A stretch of DNA of 64,000 bases from Escherichia coli (GTDB taxonomy: Bacteria; Pseudomonadota; Gammaproteobacteria; Enterobacterales; Enterobacteriaceae): assembly GCF_036507355.1 (NCBI RefSeq), contig NZ_AP027877.1; one strand, written 5' to 3'. Made by a program: the position numbers and the translations under genes. Below the pieces are notes generated by a model. It had not been told where the DNA came from, ran no database searches, and worked only from the letters and a program-made list of their open reading frames with translations. Below, one piece after another: positions 35,790-48,602 of the stretch. Position 1 is the first letter of the stretch. Every line of letters begins with the position of its first letter.

Positions 35790-36251
35790 ATGACTATTTG
35801 GGAAATAAGCGAGAAAGCCGATTACATCGCACAGCGGCATCGTCGCCTACAGGACCAGTGGCACATCTACTGCAATTCGCTGGTTCAGGGGATCACGTTA
35901 TCGAAAGCGCGCCTGCATCACGCCATGAGCTGCGCGCCGGACAAAGAACTCTGTTTCGTCCTTTTTGAACATTTTCGTATTTACGTCACCCTTGCGGATG
36001 GCTTTAACAGCCACACCATCGAGTATTACGTCGAAACAAAAGAGGGCGAAGACAAACAGCGGATTGCGCAGGCGCAACTGAGCATTGACGGCATGATTGA
36101 TGGCAAGGTCAACATCCGCGATCGCGAACAGGTTCTGGAACACTATCTCGAAAAAATCGCTGGTGTTTACGACAGCTTATACACCGCCATTGAAAACAAT
36201 GTGCCGGTGAATTTAAGCCAACTGGTAAAGGGACAAAGCCCGGCAGCATGA
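35790..36251 (+). CDS. hycA: formate hydrogenlyase regulatory protein HycA
   Basis: 153-aa ORF at the head of the hyc operon. Confidence 0.9.
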   Translation: MTIWEISEKADYIAQRHRRLQDQWHIYCNSLVQGITLSKARLHHAMSCAPDKELCFVLFEHFRIYVTLADGFNSHTIEYYVETKEGEDKQRIAQAQLSIDGMIDGKVNIRDREQVLEHYLEKIAGVYDSLYTAIENNVPVNLSQLVKGQSPAA

Positions 36252-36375
36252 GCTGAGGCTTTGCCCGTTTTGCAGGCGTTACGCCTGTTTGGGGATGGGC
36301 GTGTCGATGAGTGTCGAAAATGACATTTCATCTGCATGTTTTCGTCAAAAATGACAATCACCTGAGGAATGCCTG

Positions 36376-36987
36376 GTGAATCGTTTTGTAATTGCTGACT
36401 CCACGCTCTGTATCGGCTGCCACACTTGTGAGGCCGCCTGTTCAGAGACGCATCGCCAGCACGGCCTGCAATCAATGCCGCGCCTGAGAGTGATGCTAAA
36501 TGAAAAAGAATCTGCACCGCAGCTCTGTCACCACTGTGAAGATGCACCCTGCGCGGTGGTCTGCCCGGTTAACGCCATCACCCGCGTTGATGGGGCCGTG
36601 CAGTTGAATGAAAGCCTGTGCGTAAGCTGCAAGCTGTGCGGCATCGCCTGCCCGTTTGGCGCAATTGAATTTTCCGGCAGCCGTCCGCTGGATATTCCTG
36701 CAAATGCCAATACCCCGAAAGCGCCACCGGCACCGCCTGCTCCGGCGCGTATCAGTACGCTGCTTGACTGGGTGCCGGGTATTCGCGCGATCGCCGTCAA
36801 ATGTGACCTTTGCAGTTTTGATGAACAAGGTCCGGCCTGCGTGCGGATGTGCCCGACTAAAGCCCTGCATCTGGTGGATAACACCGATATCGCCCGCGTC
36901 AGCAAACGTAAGCGTGAGCTGACCTTTAACACGGACTTTGGCGATCTCACCTTGTTTCAGCAGGCTCAAAGTGGAGAGGCTAAATGA
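36376..36987 (+). CDS. hycB: formate hydrogenlyase subunit 2 (4Fe-4S ferredoxin-type)
   Basis: 203-aa ORF with multiple CxxCxxCxxxCP motifs. Confidence 0.93.
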   Translation: MNRFVIADSTLCIGCHTCEAACSETHRQHGLQSMPRLRVMLNEKESAPQLCHHCEDAPCAVVCPVNAITRVDGAVQLNESLCVSCKLCGIACPFGAIEFSGSRPLDIPANANTPKAPPAPPAPARISTLLDWVPGIRAIAVKCDLCSFDEQGPACVRMCPTKALHLVDNTDIARVSKRKRELTFNTDFGDLTLFQQAQSGEAK

Positions 36988-38810
36988 GCGCAATTTCCCT
37001 GATCAATAGCGGCGTGGCGTGGTTTGTCGCCGCCGCTGTTCTGGCATTTCTCTTTTCTTTTCAAAAGGCGCTAAGCGGCTGGATAGCCGGAATTGGCGGC
37101 GCGGTTGGTAGTCTGTATACGGCAGCCGCGGGCTTCACTGTACTGACTGGCGCGGTTGGCGTGAGCGGTGCGCTGTCGCTGGTAAGCTACGATGTGCAAA
37201 TCTCTCCGCTTAACGCGATTTGGCTGATTACGCTCGGTCTGTGCGGTCTGTTTGTCAGCCTCTACAACATTGACTGGCATCGCCACGCGCAGGTGAAGTG
37301 CAACGGCTTGCAGATCAATATGTTGATGGCTGCCGCCGTCTGCGCCGTCATCGCCAGCAACCTCGGCATGTTCGTGGTAATGGCCGAAGTCATGGCCTTG
37401 TGCGCGGTGTTCCTCACCAGCAACAGCAAAGAGGGCAAGCTGTGGTTTGCGCTGGGGCGTTTTGGCACTCTGCTGCTGGTGATTGCTTGCTGGCTGCTGT
37501 GGCAGCGTTATGGCACGCTGGATCTGCGCCTGCTGGATATGCGTATGCAACAGCTGCCGCTCGGTTCCGATATCTGGCTGCTCGGTGTGATTGGCTTTGG
37601 CCTGCTGGCCGGGATTATTCCGCTACATGGCTGGGTGCCGCAGGCACATGCTAACGCCTCTGCGCCAGCTGCCGCGTTGTTTTCTACGGTAGTCATGAAA
37701 ATTGGCCTGCTGGGCATTTTAACCCTGTCACTGCTGGGCGGTAATGCACCGCTGTGGTGGGGGATCGCGCTGCTGGTGCTCGGTATGATCACCGCGTTTG
37801 TCGGCGGTCTGTATGCGTTGATGGAACATAATATCCAGCGTCTACTGGCTTACCACACCCTGGAAAATATCGGCATTATCCTGCTGGGGCTGGGCGCTGG
37901 CGTAACGGGTATCGCGCTCGAACAACCGGCGCTGATTGCTCTTGGCCTGGTCGGTGGTCTGTACCATCTGCTTAACCACAGCCTGTTCAAAAGCGTACTG
38001 TTCCTCGGGGCGGGGAGCGTCTGGTTCCGTACCGGTCATCGCGATATCGAAAAACTCGGTGGTATTGGCAAGAAAATGCCGGTTATCTCCATCGCCATGT
38101 TAGTCGGGTTGATGGCAATGGCTGCGCTGCCGCCGCTGAACGGGTTTGCCGGGGAATGGGTTATCTATCAATCCTTTTTCAAACTGAGCAATAGTGGCGC
38201 GTTTGTTGCCCGTCTGCTGGGGCCGCTGCTCGCTGTGGGGCTGGCAATTACCGGTGCGCTGGCGGTGATGTGTATGGCGAAAGTCTATGGCGTCACGTTC
38301 CTCGGCGCGCCGCGTACCAAAGAAGCCGAAAACGCTACCTGTGCACCGCTCCTGATGAGCGTAAGCGTAGTGGCACTGGCGATTTGCTGCGTAATTGGCG
38401 GTGTTGCTGCGCCGTGGCTACTGCCGATGCTCTCTGCTGCTGTACCTCTGCCGCTGGAGCCTGCTAACACCACCGTTTCTCAACCGATGATCACGTTGCT
38501 GCTGATTGCCTGCCCGCTGCTGCCATTCATCATTATGGCGATTTGCAAAGGCGATCGTTTGCCATCGCGTTCCCGCGGTGCGGCCTGGGTGTGCGGTTAC
38601 GACCACGAAAAATCAATGGTGATTACCGCTCACGGTTTTGCCATGCCGGTGAAACAGGCGTTTGCGCCGGTGCTGAAACTGCGCAAATGGCTGAATCCGG
38701 TGTCGCTGGTGCCGGGCTGGCAGTGCGAGGGGAGTGCGTTGCTGTTCCGCCGGATGGCGCTGGTTGAACTGGCGGTACTGGTGGTGATTATTGTTTCACG
38801 AGGAGCCTGA
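36984..38810 (+). CDS. hycC: formate hydrogenlyase subunit 3 (membrane antiporter-like)
   Basis: 608-aa polytopic membrane ORF. Confidence 0.93.
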   Translation: MSAISLINSGVAWFVAAAVLAFLFSFQKALSGWIAGIGGAVGSLYTAAAGFTVLTGAVGVSGALSLVSYDVQISPLNAIWLITLGLCGLFVSLYNIDWHRHAQVKCNGLQINMLMAAAVCAVIASNLGMFVVMAEVMALCAVFLTSNSKEGKLWFALGRFGTLLLVIACWLLWQRYGTLDLRLLDMRMQQLPLGSDIWLLGVIGFGLLAGIIPLHGWVPQAHANASAPAAALFSTVVMKIGLLGILTLSLLGGNAPLWWGIALLVLGMITAFVGGLYALMEHNIQRLLAYHTLENIGIILLGLGAGVTGIALEQPALIALGLVGGLYHLLNHSLFKSVLFLGAGSVWFRTGHRDIEKLGGIGKKMPVISIAMLVGLMAMAALPPLNGFAGEWVIYQSFFKLSNSGAFVARLLGPLLAVGLAITGALAVMCMAKVYGVTFLGAPRTKEAENATCAPLLMSVSVVALAICCVIGGVAAPWLLPMLSAAVPLPLEPANTTVSQPMITLLLIACPLLPFIIMAICKGDRLPSRSRGAAWVCGYDHEKSMVITAHGFAMPVKQAFAPVLKLRKWLNPVSLVPGWQCEGSALLFRRMALVELAVLVVIIVSRGA

Positions 38811-38812
38811 GA

Positions 38813-39736
38813 ATGAGTGTTTTATATCCGTTAATTCAGGCGCTGGTGTTATTTGCCGTTGCGCCGCTGCTCTCCGGTATAACCCGCGTGGCGCGCGCCC
38901 GCTTGCATAACCGTCGCGGGCCGGGCGTGTTGCAGGAGTATCGCGACATTATCAAACTGCTGGGGCGTCAGAGCGTTGGCCCGGATGCCTCCGGCTGGGT
39001 GTTCCGCCTGACGCCGTATGTGATGGTGGGCGTCATGCTGACTATCGCTACTGCGCTGCCGGTGGTGACCGTTGGTTCTCCGCTGCCGCAACTGGGCGAT
39101 TTGATCACCTTACTGTATCTCTTTGCCATCGCGCGTTTCTTCTTTGCCATTTCCGGTCTGGATACCGGTAGCCCGTTTACTGCTATCGGCGCGAGCCGTG
39201 AAGCGATGCTTGGCGTGCTGGTCGAACCGATGCTGCTGCTTGGTCTGTGGGTTGCCGCACAGGTTGCCGGTTCCACCAACATCAGCAACATCACCGACAC
39301 CGTTTATCACTGGCCGCTGAGCCAGAGCATCCCGCTGGTACTGGCGCTTTGTGCCTGTGCGTTCGCCACCTTTATCGAAATGGGCAAACTGCCGTTCGAC
39401 CTGGCGGAAGCCGAGCAGGAGCTGCAGGAAGGTCCGCTCTCTGAGTACAGCGGCAGCGGCTTTGGCGTCATGAAATGGGGTATCAGCCTGAAACAGCTGG
39501 TGGTGCTGCAGATGTTCGTCGGCGTATTTATCCCGTGGGGACAGATGGAAACCTTCACCGCCGGTGGGCTGCTGCTGGCGCTGGTGATTGCCATCGTCAA
39601 ACTGGTGGTCGGCGTCCTGGTTATCGCGCTGTTCGAAAACAGCATGGCCCGTCTGCGTCTTGATATTACTCCGCGCATTACCTGGGCTGGGTTTGGCTTT
39701 GCATTTTTAGCGTTCGTCTCCTTGCTGGCGGCGTGA
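38813..39736 (+). CDS. hycD: formate hydrogenlyase subunit 4 (membrane)
   Basis: 307-aa polytopic membrane ORF. Confidence 0.93.
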   Translation: MSVLYPLIQALVLFAVAPLLSGITRVARARLHNRRGPGVLQEYRDIIKLLGRQSVGPDASGWVFRLTPYVMVGVMLTIATALPVVTVGSPLPQLGDLITLLYLFAIARFFFAISGLDTGSPFTAIGASREAMLGVLVEPMLLLGLWVAAQVAGSTNISNITDTVYHWPLSQSIPLVLALCACAFATFIEMGKLPFDLAEAEQELQEGPLSEYSGSGFGVMKWGISLKQLVVLQMFVGVFIPWGQMETFTAGGLLLALVIAIVKLVVGVLVIALFENSMARLRLDITPRITWAGFGFAFLAFVSLLAA

Positions 39737-39753
39737 TTAAAGAGAGTTTGAGC

Positions 39754-41463
39754 ATGTCTGAAGAAAAATTAGGTCAACATTATCTCGCCGCGCTGAATGA
39801 GGCATTTCCGGGCGTCGTGCTGGACCACGCCTGGCAGACCAAAGATCAGCTGACTGTCACCGTAAAGGTGAACTACCTGCCGGAAGTGGTGGAGTTTCTT
39901 TACTACAAACAGGGTGGCTGGCTGTCGGTGCTGTTTGGTAACGACGAACGCAAACTGAATGGTCATTACGCCGTTTACTACGTGCTGTCGATGGAGAAGG
40001 GTACTAAGTGCTGGGTAACGGTGCGCGTCGAAGTTGACGCCAACAAACCGGAATATCCGTCCGTGACACCGCGCGTTCCGGCGGCGGTATGGGGCGAGCG
40101 TGAAGTGCGCGATATGTACGGTTTGATTCCGGTAGGGCTGCCGGATGAACGCCGTCTGGTGCTGCCGGATGACTGGCCGGATGAACTTTATCCGCTGCGT
40201 AAAGACAGCATGGATTATCGTCAACGTCCGGCACCGACCACCGATGCTGAAACCTACGAGTTCATCAACGAACTGGGCGACAAGAAAAACAATGTCGTGC
40301 CGATTGGTCCGCTGCACGTCACTTCTGACGAACCGGGTCACTTCCGTCTGTTCGTCGATGGCGAAAACATTATCGACGCCGACTACCGTCTGTTCTATGT
40401 CCATCGCGGTATGGAAAAACTGGCAGAAACCCGCATGGGTTACAACGAAGTGACCTTCCTCTCTGACCGTGTGTGCGGGATCTGCGGCTTTGCCCACAGC
40501 ACCGCCTACACCACGTCGGTGGAAAACGCGATGGGTATCCAGGTACCAGAACGCGCGCAGATGATCCGCGCCATTCTGCTGGAGGTAGAACGCCTGCACT
40601 CGCATCTGCTCAACCTCGGCCTCGCCTGCCACTTTACCGGCTTCGACTCCGGCTTTATGCAGTTCTTCCGCGTGCGTGAAACCTCCATGAAAATGGCAGA
40701 GATCCTTACCGGTGCGCGTAAAACCTACGGCCTGAACCTGATCGGCGGGATTCGTCGCGATCTGCTGAAAGATGACATGATCCAGACCCGTCAACTGGCG
40801 CAACAGATGCGTCGTGAAGTGCAGGAGCTGGTGGATGTGCTGCTGAGTACGCCGAACATGGAACAGCGCACTGTCGGCATTGGTCGTCTGGACCCGGAAA
40901 TCGCTCGCGACTTCAGTAACGTTGGCCCGATGGTCCGCGCCAGCGGTCACGCCCGCGATACCCGCGCCGATCACCCATTTGTCGGCTATGGCCTGCTGCC
41001 AATGGAAGTCCACAGCGAGCAGGGCTGCGACGTTATTTCCCGTCTGAAAGTACGTATCAACGAAGTCTATACCGCGCTGAACATGATCGACTACGGTCTG
41101 GATAACCTGCCGGGTGGCCCACTGATGGTGGAAGGCTTTACCTACATTCCGCACCGCTTTGCGCTGGGCTTTGCCGAAGCGCCGCGCGGCGATGATATCC
41201 ACTGGAGCATGACCGGCGACAACCAGAAGCTGTACCGCTGGCGCTGCCGTGCCGCGACCTACGCGAACTGGCCGACCCTGCGCTACATGCTGCGCGGCAA
41301 CACCGTTTCCGATGCGCCGCTGATTATCGGTAGCCTGGACCCTTGCTACTCCTGTACCGACCGCATGACCGTAGTCGATGTGCGTAAGAAGAAGAGCAAA
41401 GTGGTGCCGTACAAAGAACTCGAGCGCTACAGCATTGAGCGTAAAAACTCGCCGCTGAAATAA
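39754..41463 (+). CDS. hycE: hydrogenase 3 large subunit
   Basis: ORF 39733..41463; start at internal MSEEKLGQHY (569 aa); NiFe-binding RVCGICGFAHS and C-terminal DPCYSC. Confidence 0.95.
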   Translation: MSEEKLGQHYLAALNEAFPGVVLDHAWQTKDQLTVTVKVNYLPEVVEFLYYKQGGWLSVLFGNDERKLNGHYAVYYVLSMEKGTKCWVTVRVEVDANKPEYPSVTPRVPAAVWGEREVRDMYGLIPVGLPDERRLVLPDDWPDELYPLRKDSMDYRQRPAPTTDAETYEFINELGDKKNNVVPIGPLHVTSDEPGHFRLFVDGENIIDADYRLFYVHRGMEKLAETRMGYNEVTFLSDRVCGICGFAHSTAYTTSVENAMGIQVPERAQMIRAILLEVERLHSHLLNLGLACHFTGFDSGFMQFFRVRETSMKMAEILTGARKTYGLNLIGGIRRDLLKDDMIQTRQLAQQMRREVQELVDVLLSTPNMEQRTVGIGRLDPEIARDFSNVGPMVRASGHARDTRADHPFVGYGLLPMEVHSEQGCDVISRLKVRINEVYTALNMIDYGLDNLPGGPLMVEGFTYIPHRFALGFAEAPRGDDIHWSMTGDNQKLYRWRCRAATYANWPTLRYMLRGNTVSDAPLIIGSLDPCYSCTDRMTVVDVRKKKSKVVPYKELERYSIERKNSPLK

Positions 41464-41472
41464 GGAATCGCC

Positions 41473-42015
41473 ATGTTTACCTTTATCAAAAAAGTCATCA
41501 AAACCGGCACGGCGACCTCGTCTTATCCGCTGGAGCCGATTGCGGTTGATAAAAACTTCCGTGGTAAGCCAGAGCAGAACCCGCAGCAGTGCATCGGCTG
41601 CGCGGCCTGCGTCAATGCCTGCCCGTCAAACGCCTTAACGGTTGAAACTGACCTCGCCACAGGAGAGCTTGCGTGGGAGTTTAATCTCGGGCGTTGCATC
41701 TTCTGTGGACGCTGCGAAGAAGTTTGCCCGACGGCGGCGATCAAACTGTCGCAAGAGTACGAACTGGCGGTGTGGAAGAAAGAAGACTTCCTGCAACAGT
41801 CCCGCTTCGCGCTGTGTAACTGCCGCGTCTGCAATCGTCCTTTCGCCGTTCAGAAAGAGATCGACTACGCCATTGCGCTGCTTAAGCACAACGGCGACAG
41901 CCGCGCGGAAAACCACCGCGAAAGCTTTGAGACTTGCCCGGAATGTAAGCGCCAGAAATGCCTGGTGCCGTCCGACCGTATTGAACTGACTCGCCATATG
42001 AAAGAGGCCATCTGA
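41473..42015 (+). CDS. hycF: formate hydrogenlyase subunit 6 (ferredoxin-type)
   Basis: 180-aa ORF with two 4Fe-4S motifs. Confidence 0.93.
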   Translation: MFTFIKKVIKTGTATSSYPLEPIAVDKNFRGKPEQNPQQCIGCAACVNACPSNALTVETDLATGELAWEFNLGRCIFCGRCEEVCPTAAIKLSQEYELAVWKKEDFLQQSRFALCNCRVCNRPFAVQKEIDYAIALLKHNGDSRAENHRESFETCPECKRQKCLVPSDRIELTRHMKEAI

Positions 42016-42782
42016 TGAGCAATTTATTAGGCCCCCGTGACGCCAACGGCATTCCGGTCCCGATGACGGTGGATGAATCCATCGCCAGTATGAAGGCGTC
42101 GTTACTGAAAAAAATCAAACGCTCTGCCTACGTTTACCGCGTGGACTGCGGCGGCTGCAACGGCTGCGAAATCGAAATTTTCGCCACGCTTTCGCCGCTG
42201 TTTGATGCAGAACGCTTCGGCATTAAAGTCGTTCCTTCACCGCGTCATGCGGATATTTTACTGTTTACCGGCGCGGTCACCCGTGCAATGCGATCCCCTG
42301 CGCTGCGAGCGTGGCAGTCCGCGCCGGACCCGAAAATTTGTATCTCCTACGGTGCCTGCGGTAACAGCGGCGGGATCTTCCACGATCTCTACTGCGTGTG
42401 GGGCGGTACGGATAAAATCGTCCCGGTGGATGTTTATATCCCTGGCTGCCCGCCAACGCCTGCCGCCACGCTGTACGGCTTTGCAATGGCGCTCGGCCTG
42501 CTGGAGCAGAAAATTCACGCCCGTGGGCCGGGTGAGCAGGATGAACAACCGGCGGAGATCCTGCATGGCGATATGGTGCAGCCGCTGCGTGTGAAAGTGG
42601 ATCGCGAAGCACGTCGACTGGCGGGTTATCGTTACGGTCGTCAGATTGCCGATGATTACCTTACACAGTTAGGGCAGGGCGAAGAACAGGTTGCACGCTG
42701 GCTGGAAGCGGAAAACGATCCGCGTCTGAACGAGATTGTCAGCCATCTGAATCATGTTGTTGAAGAGGCGCGTATCCGATGA
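42015..42782 (+). CDS. hycG: hydrogenase 3 small subunit
   Basis: 255-aa ORF with CGGCNGCE and GCPP motifs. Confidence 0.93.
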   Translation: MSNLLGPRDANGIPVPMTVDESIASMKASLLKKIKRSAYVYRVDCGGCNGCEIEIFATLSPLFDAERFGIKVVPSPRHADILLFTGAVTRAMRSPALRAWQSAPDPKICISYGACGNSGGIFHDLYCVWGGTDKIVPVDVYIPGCPPTPAATLYGFAMALGLLEQKIHARGPGEQDEQPAEILHGDMVQPLRVKVDREARRLAGYRYGRQIADDYLTQLGQGEEQVARWLEAENDPRLNEIVSHLNHVVEEARIR

Positions 42783-43189
42783 GTGAAAAGGTGGTGTTCA
42801 GTCAACTGAGCCGTAAATTTATTGATGAGAACGATGCCACGCCCGCCGAGGCGCAGCAGGTGGTCTATTACAGCCTGGCGATTGGTCACCACCTTGGGGT
42901 TATCGATTGCCTGGAAGCGGCGCTCACCTGCCCGTGGGATGAATATCTGGCATGGATTGCCACTCTGGAGGCGGGCAGCGAAGCCCGCCGCAAAATGGAA
43001 GGTGTGCCGAAATATGGTGAGATCGTCATCGACATTAACCATGTGCCGATGCTGGCCAATGCATTCGATAAAGCCCGGGCAGCGCAAACTTCGCAGCAGC
43101 AGGAATGGAGTACAATGCTGTTAAGTATGCTGCATGATATTCATCAGGAAAACGCCATCTATTTGATGGTGAGGAGACTGCGTGACTGA
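42779..43189 (+). CDS. hycH: formate hydrogenlyase maturation protein HycH
   Basis: 136-aa ORF in conserved position. Confidence 0.9.
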   Translation: MSEKVVFSQLSRKFIDENDATPAEAQQVVYYSLAIGHHLGVIDCLEAALTCPWDEYLAWIATLEAGSEARRKMEGVPKYGEIVIDINHVPMLANAFDKARAAQTSQQQEWSTMLLSMLHDIHQENAIYLMVRRLRD

Positions 43190-43652
43190 CGTTTTACTCT
43201 GTGTTGGCAATAGCATGATGGGCGATGATGGCGCAGGTCCGCTGCTGGCGGAAAAGTGCGCCGCCGCGCCGAAAGGTAACTGGGTGGTGATTGACGGCGG
43301 TAGCGCACCGGAAAACGACATCGTCGCTATCCGTGAACTGCGCCCTACACGACTGCTGATTGTCGACGCCACGGATATGGGGCTAAACCCCGGCGAGATC
43401 CGCATCATCGACCCGGATGACATCGCCGAGATGTTTATGATGACTACCCATAACATGCCGTTGAACTACCTTATCGACCAGTTAAAAGAAGACATTGGCG
43501 AAGTGATTTTCCTCGGCATCCAGCCGGATATCGTCGGCTTTTACTACCCGATGACCCAGCCGATTAAAGATGCGGTAGAAACGGTTTATCAACGACTGGA
43601 AGGCTGGGAAGGGAATGGCGGCTTCGCGCAGTTAGCGGTAGAAGAAGAATAA
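43182..43652 (+). CDS. hycI: hydrogenase 3 maturation endopeptidase
   Basis: 156-aa [27 protein letters not shown]. Confidence 0.93.
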   Translation: MTDVLLCVGNSMMGDDGAGPLLAEKCAAAPKGNWVVIDGGSAPENDIVAIRELRPTRLLIVDATDMGLNPGEIRIIDPDDIAEMFMMTTHNMPLNYLIDQLKEDIGEVIFLGIQPDIVGFYYPMTQPIKDAVETVYQRLEGWEGNGGFAQLAVEEE

Positions 43653-43676
43653 TTCTTCATCAGGGAATTCAGGGAA

Positions 43677-44450
43677 TTGAACATCAGAACAGGGATGTGC
43701 GCTTTTTTATTGAGCTTAGTGCAGTCTGCACAGGCCACCAGCTTTACCGAATATCTGCCAATGAGTGGCAGCGAATATGCGCAAAAGCGGGCGCTGAAAC
43801 CTCTCCTGACCATGCCTTATTATACCGAGCAAACTTGGCATTTTAGAAAAATCGGCGTTGCTGGCGTGACGCTTGAGAAGATGCCAAATGAAGAGGATTA
43901 CTGGCAATTAACCGCTAAAGACCGCGCGGGTAAATCCTGGACGGTGCCAGTGGGGTTGCTGGCAAATATGGCGGGCAAAGGGCAGCTCTATCGCGCCGAT
44001 CTGGATCGTAACGGCATTCAGGATCTGGTTATCTGGTTGCCAAGTGCCGGTAATGGTCTGGCGCCCTATGCACATTTAATCCTCATGACGTTCACGCACG
44101 AAGGCCGTCCCTGTGTCTTTGAACCCTGGGGATTCTACACTGCAAGCAAAACTGGCGTAGATGATTTGCTGGATTTACAAGGCAATGGTCACACGCAATT
44201 GCTGGATATGCAGTTTAATTCTGGTTACTGGATAACCAGTCTGTATCAGGTAAAAGACGCCAAATGGCAGCGTGTTCACGGCTGGTTTGGCAAGTTAAGC
44301 TATCCCGCGCTCACGCGTTTTACTTATACCCCCAACCGTAAACTCGTCCTCAAACCCATCGCCGGGCGCGACACACAAACGGAAGATCTGTCGCTGACGC
44401 AGCGTTGCTTGATAAAGGGGGATATGCTTGATGGGGTGAATCAGAACTGA
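43677..44450 (+). CDS. secreted protein of unknown function with two FG-GAP-like D-x-D-x-N-G-x-x-D loops
   Basis: 257-aa ORF starting 24 nt after the hycI stop; N-terminal signal peptide (CAFLLSLVQSAQA|TS); motifs ADLDRNGIQDLVIW and DLLDLQGNGHTQLLD. Confidence 0.6.
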   Translation: MNIRTGMCAFLLSLVQSAQATSFTEYLPMSGSEYAQKRALKPLLTMPYYTEQTWHFRKIGVAGVTLEKMPNEEDYWQLTAKDRAGKSWTVPVGLLANMAGKGQLYRADLDRNGIQDLVIWLPSAGNGLAPYAHLILMTFTHEGRPCVFEPWGFYTASKTGVDDLLDLQGNGHTQLLDMQFNSGYWITSLYQVKDAKWQRVHGWFGKLSYPALTRFTYTPNRKLVLKPIAGRDTQTEDLSLTQRCLIKGDMLDGVNQN

Positions 44451-44611
44451 CTTTTTGCAGAGTGGTTATGAGGATTTTGGGGGTAATTATATCACGCGCA
44501 AGTGTTTACATATTGTGAACTTGGATTTGATGAGCTATAGTTTCCGAACACATGAGGATAGAACTCGCAGATGTGGCTGTTTACTTACTATAAGGAAGTT
44601 AAAACTTAAAA

Positions 44612-44923
44612 ATGCACATCATTTCTAAAGCGCCATTTGAAGAGTCTGCGCGTAAATATCCTAACGACGCTCTGGCTCTTCAGGCATTGTATCGGGTTAT
44701 TAAGGAAACGGATTTTTCTACGCCAGAAGAAATGCGAACGGCTTTTCCCAACCTCGACAATTTTAAATATCGCAACAAATGGTACGTTCTGGATGTCGGC
44801 GGGAACAATCTTAGGGTTATTGCCTACATAAACTTTGTTAATAAGCGGTTCTTTGTGAAGCACATAACGAATCACGCAGAGTATGACAAACTGACACGTT
44901 ACTACAGAGAGAACAAAGAATGA
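44612..44923 (+). CDS. HigB-like type II toxin (RelE/ParE superfamily)
   Basis: 103-aa ORF MHIISKAPFEESARKYPND ... FPNLDNFKYRNKWYVLDVGGNNLRVIAYINF, collinear with E. coli HigB as recalled; toxin gene precedes and overlaps the antitoxin gene (ATGA), the inverted order typical of higBA. Confidence 0.75.
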   Translation: MHIISKAPFEESARKYPNDALALQALYRVIKETDFSTPEEMRTAFPNLDNFKYRNKWYVLDVGGNNLRVIAYINFVNKRFFVKHITNHAEYDKLTRYYRENKE

Positions 44924-45339
44924 CTGCTAATGCTGCACGCGCTGTTAAAGCAACAAGAGAACTGGTCAATGCAGTCCCCTTTCTGGGAGGCAGTGACTCA
45001 GAAGATGATTATCGTGAAGCACTGGAACTGGTCGAATATTTGATTGAAGAAGATGACACCAATCCACTTATCGACTTTCTGGCGAGCCGCATTGCAGAGT
45101 ATGAAAACAACAACGAAAAGTTTGCAGAGTTCGACAAAGCCGTTGCGGCAATGCCGGTTGGCGTGGCGTTACTTCGCACGTTGATTGATCAACATAATCT
45201 GACCTATGCGGATTTGAAGAACGAAATCGGCTCTAAATCCCTGGTCAGTCAGATTTTGTCTGGACAACGATCCCTGACAATATCCCACATTAAGGCACTT
45301 TCAGCCCGATTTGGCGTTAAGCCGGAATGGTTTCTTTGA
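44920..45339 (+). CDS. HigA-like antitoxin (C-terminal XRE-type HTH)
   Basis: 139-aa ORF with C-terminal HTH region GSKSLVSQILSGQRSLTISHIKALSARFGV. Confidence 0.75.
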   Translation: MTANAARAVKATRELVNAVPFLGGSDSEDDYREALELVEYLIEEDDTNPLIDFLASRIAEYENNNEKFAEFDKAVAAMPVGVALLRTLIDQHNLTYADLKNEIGSKSLVSQILSGQRSLTISHIKALSARFGVKPEWFL

Positions 45340-45365
45340 TTTTGACTGATGCCAAACTCCAGATT

Positions 45366-45444
45366 GCCCGATGCGCAGTGCTTATCGGGCCTGCATAGTT
45401 CGTGCGACATGTAGGCCGGATAAGGCGTTCACGCCGCATCCGGC
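45366..45444. repeat. BIME-like pair of REP palindromes
   Basis: gcccgatgcgcagtgcttatcgggc and ggccggataaggcgttcacgccgcatccggc. Confidence 0.65.
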
Positions 45445-45452
45445 ACGGTTGC

Positions 45453-48343
<2,891 letters not shown>

Positions 48344-48602
48344 CGGATTTTATCCTGTTATCAGTAGGGTAGATGTAGTTGTTATCAGTCGACGTGACGG
48401 AAAAATGCCGATGCTGAAACGGAATTAGGAAACCGGTTTCATAAAATCATGAACAGTTGTCACTAAATAAGCAAGAGAGTGAATTGTTCATTTTTTATAT
48501 TTGTGAAACCGGTCACCTGAATATTTTTCCCGCCGATTGCGCAAGGACAATCGGTAAACGGTGCAGTACACTGCGTTGATTGCGTGTAAAGGGATGAAAA
48601 TG

